From contig NMRA01000226.1 in the NCBI GenBank assembly GCA_002633005.1, positions 189,728 to 253,727 of the forward strand: DNA of 64,000 nucleotides, in the 5' to 3' direction. The translations under genes and the position numbers were made by a program. The stretch comes from Phoronis australis. Its lineage: Eukaryota; Animalia; Phoronida. The stretch's first letter is position 1, and every line of letters begins with the position of its first letter. The notes under the pieces were generated by a model. That model was not told the DNA's origin, made no database searches, and saw nothing but the letters and a program-made list of their open reading frames with translations. Shown here piece by piece: positions 12,196 through 23,098 of the stretch.

Positions 12196-14013
12196 AGGCT
12201 GTTCCAGAAAAATCCGTATGGGAGGGGGGAGGGCAGTTGAAATAAAAATTCATGGGTGGTGGTCTTCTGAAAAAAAACTCAAATTATGGGTGGTGGTTTT
12301 TGTACGAAGTAACGCATTAAAGCTGGGTGGTATTTTTTTACCTCTAGATGTTGACAGGTTGGTATTTTTAGCCAAACACACCTCAAAAGAAATCAAAACT
12401 CACCAAAAAACTTTACTTGGCAAATACCCAAACATATCCCAAAACAAAAAAACAAGCCCATGTTGCTAGTGTACAGAGTGCAATATGTACTCTATGCTAT
12501 TAATCAAGTCATGGGCAACTTGATTACAAGCCCAATTGTTCAACTGCAGTCATGGTATTAGAATGAAAATTTCTGCAACACTAAACTGGGGTTAACACAT
12601 ATCGGAAAATTGATGATTTTTAAATGAAAAGTATGAGGAGTCAGATAGTTCCAATATTCACTTGACATAGCAGTCTAAAAGCGTTCCTGGAGACAGTTTG
12701 AGATTCATAGATCTATGAAATTGAAAAAATCTTATGGTGAACAGAGACACCTGGTGAATGCCAAAAGTATTGCTCAGAGGTGTCTTTGAAAAGCAAGTTT
12801 CTGGTAAGTAATATGAGGTGTGATCTCACATATAAATGGAATTTTTCTGCATCCACAAAAACTTTGTGGTTGGTCCGTGTGTCGTTATCGTTTCATGTCC
12901 ATGAATTATCTCAAGAACCACTTGGCGTATCATGATGAAATTTGGCATAAAGTTACTTGGCAAGGATGTGCCTGCAGCAGTCGATTTCCGGGCAGATTTG
13001 GCAACCTTGGTACCCCATGTTGGCCGCTTTAGTTTTTGACAAGCCATTCTTTGTATGTTGATTATCTCAAAAGCTGCTTCACAGATCGCGATGCAATTCG
13101 AAATTGAAGTATATCGCAAGAATGTCGGTGGCGGCACCAGTCAATTTTTGGACGCTGGATTCAACTACTGTGGCACCCTATTAATTTTTGACTGCTCAAG
13201 TCATTGCTTGTCCGTCCGTTATCTTGAAATCGCTTAACGGATCGTGATGACCTTTGGCATAGAGATAGACAGCTGGCATGCACCAAGCAGCACCAATCGA
13301 TTTTCGGACAGATTTGGCTACCATAGCACGCGCTGTTGGCCATTTTAGCTTTTGACAAGACAGGTTGATTATCTCAAAAACTGCGTTTTACATTTCAACT
13401 TAATTAAAAATTATGGATCCGTCTTTTATTATCATTGTTTGTCCGTTTGGTGGATCATGATCGAATTTGGTATAAAGTTCAATAAATGGGTGTGGATGCG
13501 CCAGCACCGCTAGCAACTTTGAAACCGCTTGACGGATCTTGATGACATTTGGCATAGAGATAGATGGCTGGAATGCGCTGGCACCAGTCGATTTTTGGAT
13601 AGATTTGGCTACTGTGGCCCCCCCCCCTCCTGTGGGGCATTTTAGTTTTTGATAAAACGGGTTGATTATTTCAAAAAGTGCTAGCACAACTGGATGAAAT
13701 TTGGCGCAAAAATATATAGCAGGGATGGATGCGTTGTTAGAAATCGTTTTCGTTTTGATTCAACCACACTGTCGCTTGTTTTAATTTTTCACAATAATAT
13801 AATAATATTGGACTAAACTAGTTCTTGTCTGTCGATCATCTAAGTTCTTAACAGGCCATCCTGGAGGCAATTTGTTTGCAAGTGTTGGATTATATATTTT
13901 AACCTAATTAATAATTATGGGTCATGGGTTGAAAAAATAAATGAAAAATATGGGTGCTGGGGTACGAAATAAAAGTGCCTTCCCCCCTCATACGTTTTTT
14001 GCTGGAACAGCCC
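12196..14013. mobile_element. PIF/Harbinger-type non-autonomous element with a nested repeat
   Basis: TIRs (A/G)GGCTGTTCCAG..AAAA..CGTATG.GGGGGGA at both ends; TAA TSD at 12193-95 and 14014-16. Confidence 0.8.
12835..13790 (+). mobile_element. Related HINE-like repeat nested in the Harbinger MITE
   Basis: Repeated ATGAAATTTGGCAT / GATCTTGATGACATTTGGCATAGAG / CGATTTTCGGACAGATTTGG subunits. Confidence 0.55.
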
Positions 14014-14287
14014 TAAGAGCAAATTAAACAATTCTTTTATTTAAATTTATTATTTTCGTAAAATAGTTGTTTCTCGGTGTGATGTACTTTGAAGCTTCAA
14101 GTTGAGTCACCCATCGATTTTTATTTATCTATTACAACTGTGTATTAGGAGAGTCAGGCCAGTAATTCCGGGCGTATAACCTTGCTTTACCTTCATTTTA
14201 ATGATTAAGATAACTAAAGCGCAGATAAGACATTTTGAACCTGACTTTTATTATCCAAGCAAATACACCGGCATATCGTGTTTGCAG

Positions 14288-14453
14288 ACGGATGTGTTTT
14301 CTATGATCGTGGCTGGTGGCGTGAGAGAGGCGAAAATTACTTTGCCTAGTGGACACCAGCCAGATGAATATTGGTTTGGTGTGGCACGTTGGCATCCGTC
14401 CGGAGATTCAAGTCCTGTGGTAGTCAGTGAGTGTGTCTACAAACCAGACCAAG
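14288..14453 (+). CDS. Cytokine receptor exon (FN3 #2, C-half)
   Basis: tttgcag acceptor, gtaggg donor. TDVFSMIVAGGVREAKITLPSGHQPDEYWFGVARWHPSGDSSPVVVSECVYKPDQ; the Y-x-F-G-V-A...SS-x-x-V-x-x-x-C pattern resembles Domeless-type receptors; phase 0 to 1. Confidence 0.87.
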
Positions 14454-14693
14454 GTAGGGGGATATCAAGCTTCGTAGGTCAAAGGTTGTGTCATAGGTTG
14501 ACATGCAGGTGTTTTTTCTGAATGTATTAAAACACAACTGCTTTGACTGTGGCATAATTGATTGCACACAAGTCAACAAGAAGGCTATGCATAACTTGTT
14601 TAGCACAGTTGGATATCTGAAACTTTTGGCCACGTTTTACAAACTTCATAGTGGATAGTATAAATTACTGTTAGTTGATGTTTTGTTATCCAG

Positions 14694-14864
14694 GTTTAGT
14701 GGCACCAACACTGACCAAGATGTCGACTTATCCGGACTATACCATCGGTGTGATTGTGAAGGCATTGAGATGTGACCACACGAATGATGTAGTCGTGAAC
14801 TACACCATCTTTTACTGTCCCACAGATGTCACTGTTGGGGAGGAGTCTGAAGCAGACTGTACTG
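14694..14864 (+). CDS. Cytokine receptor exon (FN3 #3, N-half)
   Basis: atccag acceptor, gtacac donor. (G)LVAPTLTKMSTYPDYTIGVIVKALRCDHTNDVVVNYTIFYCPTDVTVGEESEADCT; Dome-like Y-x-I-x-Y-C-P...C; phase 1 to 1. Confidence 0.87.
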
Positions 14865-15119
14865 GTACACGTTTTGACTGTGTTTTTCTGCCATTCACAT
14901 GAAATGTAGTCTTGCATAACTTAATAACGCAGCCATTCAGTACGGAATGTCCTGTGACTATAACTAACTTTCAATGCAGTCTTTTTCATGCATGAGTTGT
15001 TCTGCGACAGCATTAATTTTGTACATTTAGTCAAATGAATTAATGCACTCTTGAACAGAGAATATCTCTAGGGAATTGTCTTTTTTTAAGCCGACTAATG
15101 TCAGTCATTATAATTCCAG

Positions 15120-15272
15120 GTCCCAAGCAATCTACCACTGTCAACGTTACTACAACTGAGGTACTCATCACCAACGGTGCTGTGGCTGATCAGATGTACT
15201 TGGTTTCGGCCGCTACACAGACGCCATCTGCCAGAAGCGAGGAGAGTCTGCCTATACGGGTTCGGGTCTCAG
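15120..15272 (+). CDS. Cytokine receptor exon (FN3 #3, C-half)
   Basis: ttccag acceptor, gtcaga donor. (G)PKQSTTVNVTTTEVLITNGAVADQMYLVSAATQTPSARSEESLPIRVRVS; phase 1 to 1. Confidence 0.85.
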
Positions 15273-15729
15273 GTCAGATTGTCTTTGTGTTCAAGTAGGG
15301 CAGAAATAACTAACGCATGAATTTTATTAACAAATGAATTGCATGATTTTACCATCTTCCCTAACCACCTGAGACCCCAGCTGATGGATAGATAATCCTC
15401 TAAATCCACTCCTGAGACAACATTGACCTGCTTTTGATTCGGGTGCTTTTTGGGGCCTTTTTTGTGTCTGGCATTGCTGTAGGTAGTCACATGTGGCCAT
15501 GACATTGCACAGTTGACCTTTGCAAAAAGTCTTCTTTATAATCTGACTGGCTGTACTTTGGGAGCAAGTTTTCGGTTATACAGAATTTGTTAAATGCACG
15601 ACACTTTTCATTGTTCATAGTCTTTAGTCTGTTACTTTCGTACTTTCAGAGCAAAACTCTACACCCTCACTCAGCTGAACATAGATACAGTAGCTAACCT
15701 AGCGACATAACACACGATATTTCAAATTA

Positions 15730-16535
15730 ACATACTTGTTTCATTCTCAAGTGAAGATAAAATGACGCTGTAATGTCACCACAGAGTATAAGTTGATGAC
15801 ACACACAGTGAGACATGGCGGGTGTGAAACACTGCAAAGAATGACTTAAATGATGGGGGGTAACAGGAAAGTCACGCAAACAAGTGTAACGTGCAGCGCG
15901 ACCCTGTTTGCTGCTCATTCAAAACAGGTTTCTCAAAAGCAATTAAAAGGGACTCTAATACTTTCAAACGCAGCACATCTTGCTCCACGTTTTCCACAAT
16001 TTCTTGACGGGTGATTTTATGTGCGTGGCATTGCAGAAAATGATCTTGAATGGCGGCATTTTGAAGATTCATGGATAACTGTTGGGAAAGACTGCAAACC
16101 GTTCGACCAATGTAACATTGTTTGACGTTTGAACGAAGACATTCGTTCATAGGCATACAAACTCATAAACAACACTACACTTTGCAACGGGGCAGACTTT
16201 CGCTTTAGAAATGTTACTTTTCATGACCAAGTTGGAGACTTCCTATTCCGATAATAAATAATAATGAGGTAATCATCAGGCTCACAAACTTTAACATTGT
16301 CCCTTATAATTTTCTTAATGGCGTGTTTGTCCTGGAGGTAATTATTAGACATGACATTTTTGTAATATCTTTTTGGTTACACCAGTCTGACGTGCAGGGA
16401 CTTCATAGCTAATTCTGGACACAAATCGCTTAATAAGGAAATCCACAAAAGCATAGGTGTACCCATTATTCACCAGTGTTTGTCTTATGCGATCTACCTC
16501 TTAATTGACCAATAGCCAGTTGGATGACACCGAAT
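15730..16535 (-). mobile_element. Penelope-like retroelement 3' fragment (RT thumb/linker plus GIY-YIG endonuclease, decayed)
   Basis: Minus-strand peptides EVDRIRQTLVNNGY, CSVVYEFVC, YIGRTVCSL...AIQDHF...RLKVLESLLIAFEKPVLNEQ are typical of PLE GIY-YIG ORFs. Confidence 0.85.
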
Positions 16536-17136
16536 AAACACAATGAAAAGTGTTTTGCATTTAACAAGTTCTGTATAATCTGACTGTGAAAGACAATCAA
16601 GCTGAGCATTCTACTTCAACAGGTATTCGACTTTTAATTGTCAGTCATGTCAGTTCCTGTTATTCATTTTGCTGTGAAAGTAATGTATCCAAAAGCAGAC
16701 GGAAGGAGGACCTTATCATCAAGTCTGTGTTTAGTCAAATATCTACAAAATGTAAAATATCTAATTATATTCTGTCAGTAAAAGCATTTTCTGAAAGTAA
16801 AAAGCTCATAGAATTTGTTTTTTGACTTTTTACTAATCTGTCCTAAATTGGGTCAGGTGACCATGTACAAAAAGTTGCATTTAGGAAAGCTACAGTATCA
16901 GTATCATGATCAAGTTTTGCATTTAGTAAATTAACAAAAAAAAATGCTAAACAGATGTAAACTAGTCTTAAACATCGTGTTATGAAAACATGGTGCACAG
17001 ACTTTTTTGGTGATCTTTTATTAATTTGTATTGGATTTGACCTTCCTCTCTGACCTTTTTCACCTCTGACCCAAATCGCACCTGGCCTCATTCTCATGAC
17101 ACTGTAGTTTGACCCTTATTACCTAATGAGACCCCC

Positions 17137-17304
17137 AATCTTACTAAACTTCCTGAACTCTGACCTCTGACCATCTTGAGTTTCTGGCTCTGTTGCACTC
17201 TTGCCATGATTCCTTTGGTTAATCTTACTAAACTTCCTGAACTCTGACCTCTGACCTTCTTGAGTTTCTGGCTCTGTTGCACTCTTACTATGATTCCTTT
17301 GGTT
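17137..17304 (+). repeat. Tandem repeat, 2 x 84 bp, just upstream of the TM exon
   Basis: AATCTTACTAAACTTCCTGAACTCTGACC...ATGATTCCTTTGGTT at 17137 and 17221. Confidence 0.92.
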
Positions 17305-17338
17305 CTTTTGTTTGACATTTCATAACTTGTTTTTTCAG

Positions 17339-17426
17339 GACTTACAACAGGACACATAACTTGGATCGTCATTGCAGCTGTAATCGTTGTGGTTTCAATC
17401 GCTTTTGCGATTGCAGTTTGTCTCAA
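17339..17426 (+). CDS. Cytokine receptor transmembrane exon
   Basis: tttttcag acceptor, gtaaga donor. (G)LTTGHITWIVIAAVIVVVSIAFAIAVCL(K): a hydrophobic helix; phase 1 to 2. Confidence 0.9.
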
Positions 17427-17967
17427 GTAAGATAAAGTTATAGTTCTGTTTGAGTAATCGGCACGTTCTTCTGATACATTTACTTTCAAGTCATGCTATG
17501 AACATTCCCACTAAATAAAATTGGTTCTAACCCCAGTGGTTAAGGTAAACGGCGGGGTATGGAAAATTGAACTAGACCGTATTTATCCACCTTGGCTGAG
17601 TCGCACTCGGCTCACGATCAAAGGGATACCGCCAGGCTGCTCTAGTCATCGAGTCACGAGCGAGGATAATTGGCTTCGCTCATGCGGATATGATCAGCTG
17701 ATTACAATCTAGCTAGCAGACTGTACTTTTTATGGTGAGAGTTTTACGTAGTTTTTACTGTAATATTTGAAAAGAGGAGCGAAAACAAATATGAGTACAA
17801 CTTTGAATTTTTCAAATCGGCCCAGGATAANTGCTGATTTTTTTGTTTCTGAAGCAGAAAAAAGTCAGTCAACGACAACCAATTGAAAGTAAGGATCATT
17901 TAATAGATACATGTACAGTGGGTTTTGGACCTCTCTTAGAAGTAGCATAAGCATGTAAACTGACTAA

Positions 17968-18362
17968 TGTGTGTGTGTGTGTGCGTGTGTGTTCATGCGT
18001 GCGTGCGTGCGCGTGTGTGCGAGCGTGCGTGGTGCAATAGCAACCAATGAACTGTGTGGAACACTCAGACAGTAGGTCAAGTTCTTATCCTAACTTCGCC
18101 AAGTCAGCTCATCACCTTGTATGTTGTCATGTGCAAAGGATTTTCCAGTTTCAGACTCTTGCAAATCACCTCAAATAACCGATTGTTGTGCTCGGCGTTT
18201 GACAGTCCTCTATTCAATGGTGGTCCAATGTTCTATAATGCTTAGTTATGCAATAAGATAACTGCCTGAGACTGGTCACACACGCACACACATGCACATG
18301 CGTGCACACACACACACACACACATGCACTCACACACACAGACACACACACACGCGCGCGCG
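17968..18362. repeat. (GT/GC)n tract 17968-18030 and (CA/CG)n tract 18278-18362
   Basis: Alternating purine-pyrimidine microsatellites read directly from the sequence. Confidence 0.9.
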
Positions 18363-19108
18363 CTTGTATTATGCCACAAGCATTATATTCTTGTTTAAAG
18401 TTGCTGGACTCAAGTTGGGCAAATTAGATGGCTATATTAGTCCAATCACAATGTTCACGTATTGTATGTCAAAAGTAGTGGTGGTCTTTGGTCCCAGCAC
18501 AAAAAGTCTACTAAGCTGCGTGTCATTACGTTTCCTAGCAATAATCACGAAAAAATTTAATCCCCCGGGAAAAAATGATCCAGGATTAGTGTTTGAGAAG
18601 GACGTGTCGCATTGGGGTTTTTTTATTCTCAATACCTGAATCAAAGATCATCATTGTTGTAATTCAGTAGTTCATAATAATCCTGCTTTCTGTGTTCCCA
18701 GAAGTATATAGTAGACTGTCGAACAAGAAAGGTAGTGGTTGGTTATGCGTGGTCTAAATATGCATACTATATTGTAGAATTTCTAAGAACACCATTCTAT
18801 AGACCTTGACTTTTCTGAGCTTATAAAATTTTGTTAACTTTCTTAGTTAGTCATTGTTTACTAGGGTGACATGATCTGGCTCAGTTTAAGCGCCAGTGTT
18901 TGGTTAAGCACCCATGCCTTGAACCTGTTGACATTTCAGGTTTAGGCGCCCATCTTTGGATATGTGCCTGCCCCTATTTTGCGGCTTGCCCATTTATAAG
19001 TGACCAGGGTGTTAATTCGACGGCTTGTGGTAATTGTCTTCCACAATTTTTTGGTTTTCTTGGTGGTCACTTATCAGTGTATTGTACTTAGTGTTTTTGC
19101 TTTCACAG

Positions 19109-19169
19109 AAAATGTTGTCAAACCGTGAAAAAGGAGCTCAAGGACGTCAAGTTTGAATTTCCTAGTGAG
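19109..19169 (+). CDS. Cytokine receptor juxtamembrane / Box1-like exon
   Basis: tttcacag acceptor, gtaagt donor. (K)KCCQTVKKELKDVKFEFPSE; basic stop-transfer residues, then D-hydrophobic...P as in the Dome-type JAK-binding region; phase 2 to 0. Confidence 0.87.
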
Positions 19170-19259
19170 GTAAGTATCTGTCCTATAGAGGATTTGTGCA
19201 CAAAAACTCTTGAATATAAACTATACTCTAAAAGTAAGCATACCGTCATTCTATTTTCC

Positions 19260-19790
19260 TTACTTTTAATTGTTTCAAGAAATTGAAAAATATTTCACAT
19301 AATGGAGGAAAGATAAACACAGTAGAGGCTAGGATTCATTAGACTACGCACACAAGGTCAAGTCCTTGCCAAGGCTCTATAAATTCACAGTATTTCATTT
19401 TGTTTATATAACTGTTCAGTAGAAATGTAGCAAGCAACTTCCTTTTTAAACATTGCAAGGCACGGATGTTTGCACTTCAATCTTTGTTTATAAATGTGGT
19501 GTTTTCCCAGGGAAAGAATCATACTTTGTAAAACTGCCTCCACCTGAACACCAAACAGAACTGATTTTACAGACAGTTCTAAACTAATTACAACTGCATC
19601 TTCAAGCCAGTTATTTACATTATTCCAAAACTGCTGAGTTACTTTACAAGACCGAGTACACGTGGACAATAGATTCAATTTCACTTAAGCAAAAAGTGCA
19701 CAATGAGCTATCAGTTACGCCAATCTTGTATAAAAATTCATTACAGCCTATGATTCTGTGAATCAGCCTAAACTGGAACCATCTCAGAGA
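19260..19790 (-). mobile_element. L1/Tx1-clade LINE ORF2 3' fragment (zf-RVT region)
   Basis: WFQFRLIHRIIGCNEFLYKIGVTDSSLCTFCLSEIESIVH, then after a frameshift KVTQQFWNNVNNWL...SVLFG...GKHHIYKQRL. Confidence 0.85.
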
Positions 19791-22700
19791 AGCATCTTCT
19801 GTGAATGAATAGATGGTTTTGACTTCAACAACAAAGAAGAAGTTTTGACTTCTTTGTTGTTGTACTGTTCTGGCACTTTTATGCCTCTATCCTTATGGCT
19901 AACACCTGCTTTGTAGCCCCTTATGCTCATACCCTCCATAGGTACCACTGATTTCACCAAAGACAACAGGGAGTACTTATTGTCAGTGGCAATTTGATCA
20001 AGCACGGACAAATGTGGTTTGTGTGTGTGAAGGAGTTTTACAAAACTGCTTAGGTTTAGGGCTGCTTAATAAATAAATGTACCTTTCTTTGTCAATGTAA
20101 CTAACTTTTGGTTTATATTATGATGGTCTTTAGTGGCCTATTTGGTTTCAAAGTAGTTTCTGGAGTTTGGAGACTAGTTTCTTGGCTTGGAGGGATTCGT
20201 GGCCGATTTTTCAACAGAGGCCATGTTCTCTGCATAGTAGGTCAAGTCAGGTTGTTGAGCTTGTGCCTGGTGACACGAAACAGTCTCAGGGCTCGACTTA
20301 GTTCTCCAAATATTCTGTGCATTTATGTTTTTGTTCACTTACAAAATGTCTTGTTTTTACATCACTACACTGATTATGAGCTGCCGTTTTTTTGTGTCTA
20401 ATAATGCATTCTGAAAGCTGAGTTGTTTTTTAATAAATCTGGAAACATCTCTTATTTCAATAAAATTAATAGGTTGTTAGTCTCAAAAGTATGGGCATTG
20501 CATGAAAAAAGCCCCCTTTTATTCTCAGTAATATCGAAAATTTAATGTAGAATTCACTCTTAGTGTGTTGAGGCGTAAAGTTAGCAAATGAAGGCAGCTG
20601 TAGGAAGTTCAATCAGTGATTTCACAAGTTAGAATGATGAGAAAAGTAATAGTCGAGTCCCTATCTGGGACTGGTTCATGCAACTGTTCAGTGGTTTCTG
20701 AACAGCAACAGACTGTCGGTACCTCGCAAGCCCAGAGTTCCCTTAGCTCAGTAACAAATGATTGGAGATCAATTTTTAATAATTTAATTTTTCAAAATTA
20801 GAGGTATGTTGTTGATTTTTGTTGACAAAAAGATGGGTACATTGCAGTTTTAAAAGAAACAACCGTCTTTGGTGTTACCTTTTGGTAAAAATATTTGGTT
20901 ATCTTGTGGAGACAATTTTTGCAAATTGATCTTTTTCATTGATAGCAAACGATAACCTGTGGCATTAGTAAGACTTTGAATTTTGAAAACAAATCGTGTT
21001 CCACAAAGTTTTTACCCGTTTACTGACGTGTTACGTGATTAGGTAGTGTTGGACATTGTTTCTACAATAGAAGTGAATGCAGAAGACGCGCTCGGGACAC
21101 TTTACGTCACTTCATATTGTTCCATGGTACATACTGGCCAAGTAAACAGTAATTAACATTGAACGATGCGTTTCAAGATAACCTGTTTTTACCTAGTAAC
21201 CTAGTATCAAAAACGGTTGATTTCCCTCAATATTTAGATAGTAAAACTGATGACTGTTTCTCTTTCCTGTTAACTGCTCACTGTCTATGGGTTTTTGTTT
21301 TGCTGACCGATTTACACATTTTGCCTCTCATGACCAAGGAGCTATTTTCTGGTGATAACTTCTTACATATAGTTCCACTGTTTTTCAGCCTTTGTTAGCC
21401 GAGCTCCGCACAACCATCAGACAAAACACTTCTCGCCTGTTCACATGTTCATTGAGAATTGTTTTTTGTATAATAGCTTAAGGTTGTGTGCAACTGTTAC
21501 ACTAGGAAAACATCCAAATTTGTTTCATTTTGGAACATCATTACTCAGAAATAGCTGAGCAGGTTCATGAGATTCTTTTAGACTGTGCTATATCTAATGT
21601 TTTCTACAGTCAGAACACTTTCAAAATGTTCCAATTTATAATGAAGGGCCTTCAGAAGTGGATCTGAAGATTTCCATGTAAAGACTGAACAGTTGCATTA
21701 AACGAAAATGGAACAACAATTTAGAAAACAGTAACTGAGCATTTTTGGTATTTTTAACTATTACCAAATTTATTGGCCATGTGTTTAGTCTATTGTTTGC
21801 TATAGGTGTAACAGTTTCTGTTTTTGCTTGATTGTACCGAAAAGACCTGGAAATGTGATCCAATAAATGCTTGATTCATGGTAAATAACCAAAATTCAAA
21901 TTCTGCAGGTTTTCATAAATACATTATACTGACAGAGTTGAAATTCTACAAATTAGCAGAATATATAAATGCTAACTGCCAAGACTTGCCTTTAACGTCA
22001 CACAATCCATTCCTTAAGGAGACATGCTCAGTTTTAGAACTATAAAACATGTTGATTTTAATTTGAGTTTTTTGTTGGATGGGTTTGACTTCTTGGCCAT
22101 AAACTGTCAATCATTCATTGAAATCCAGGCTTAACCAATGAAGTTTGCTTAAACTAATATTCTGCCATTTTACGAATAATGTGTAGCTCCACCTGCAGAC
22201 CTTTGAACTTTGGTAGCTCAGGTTGAGAGGTCAATTCCGTTATATGGGGTAGATCTCTGAAAACCCGACTTTTCTTGTTGATAATGTCATTTCAAAAGTT
22301 GCATGTGAACAGGCTGTAAAAACATTTTCATACTAGATATTAGACCCATCTATCCATTCTGTTGATTTTTAGGAGTTTTTGAAATAAAGCGGACAGACTT
22401 CTCCAGAACTTAATCAGTCTTCCAATCTTGGACGAACAGTTTAGCTCAACTTTTTGACAATAAAGTAGCCTTTTTGTCAAGTTTTAGTCATAGTTTGATT
22501 TATTGCCGCTTGCCTCTGTTTATTTGTAAATGGATTTGCAAGACAGATTATCGCAATTATGGCACTGTGTATGTAGCAACGCCTGTCTAGAGATTTTTTG
22601 AAATTTTGTTAGAATTGAAATGAGGTTCAAGGTAAACAGAATTGTTGTTTATGTTGAGTTTTGTGCATTCTTTAAAACTTCGCAAAATTTTGAAATTGTC

Positions 22701-23098
22701 CGGTTTATTTTGAAAACCACTTAATTTTTTTTCCATTTCCAATGGAGGTTTGCCTGTGACTAGTGTTTTCTTAGTTGTCACTGAGCATGCTGCTCAGACT
22801 AGGTTTTCTGTGACTCTAAATTACTTGACTTTTCATTGATAGTCTGATTTGTCCTGGTAGTGAGTTAGCCATTGTGGTGATGTCTGACTTAACTTCTCAT
22901 GTCATACCCTTCACTGTAGCAGTACGTACTTTAGATTGCATTTTTCCGTTACTGAATACAGTTAAGCTCCAGGTTTTGCCATGTTATTCAGATCATTTCG
23001 TGGTTGCAGTGAATTATTGAGCAACACATTAGAATGTGTTTGCATGAACGTGGATGTAATTTCAATAAAACTACAAAAATGAAAATCAACATTCTCCT

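Noticed and set aside
17094-17489. 131-aa minus-strand ORF with an internal repeat
   Set aside because: Antisense to the TM exon and running through the 84-bp tandem repeat; incidental.
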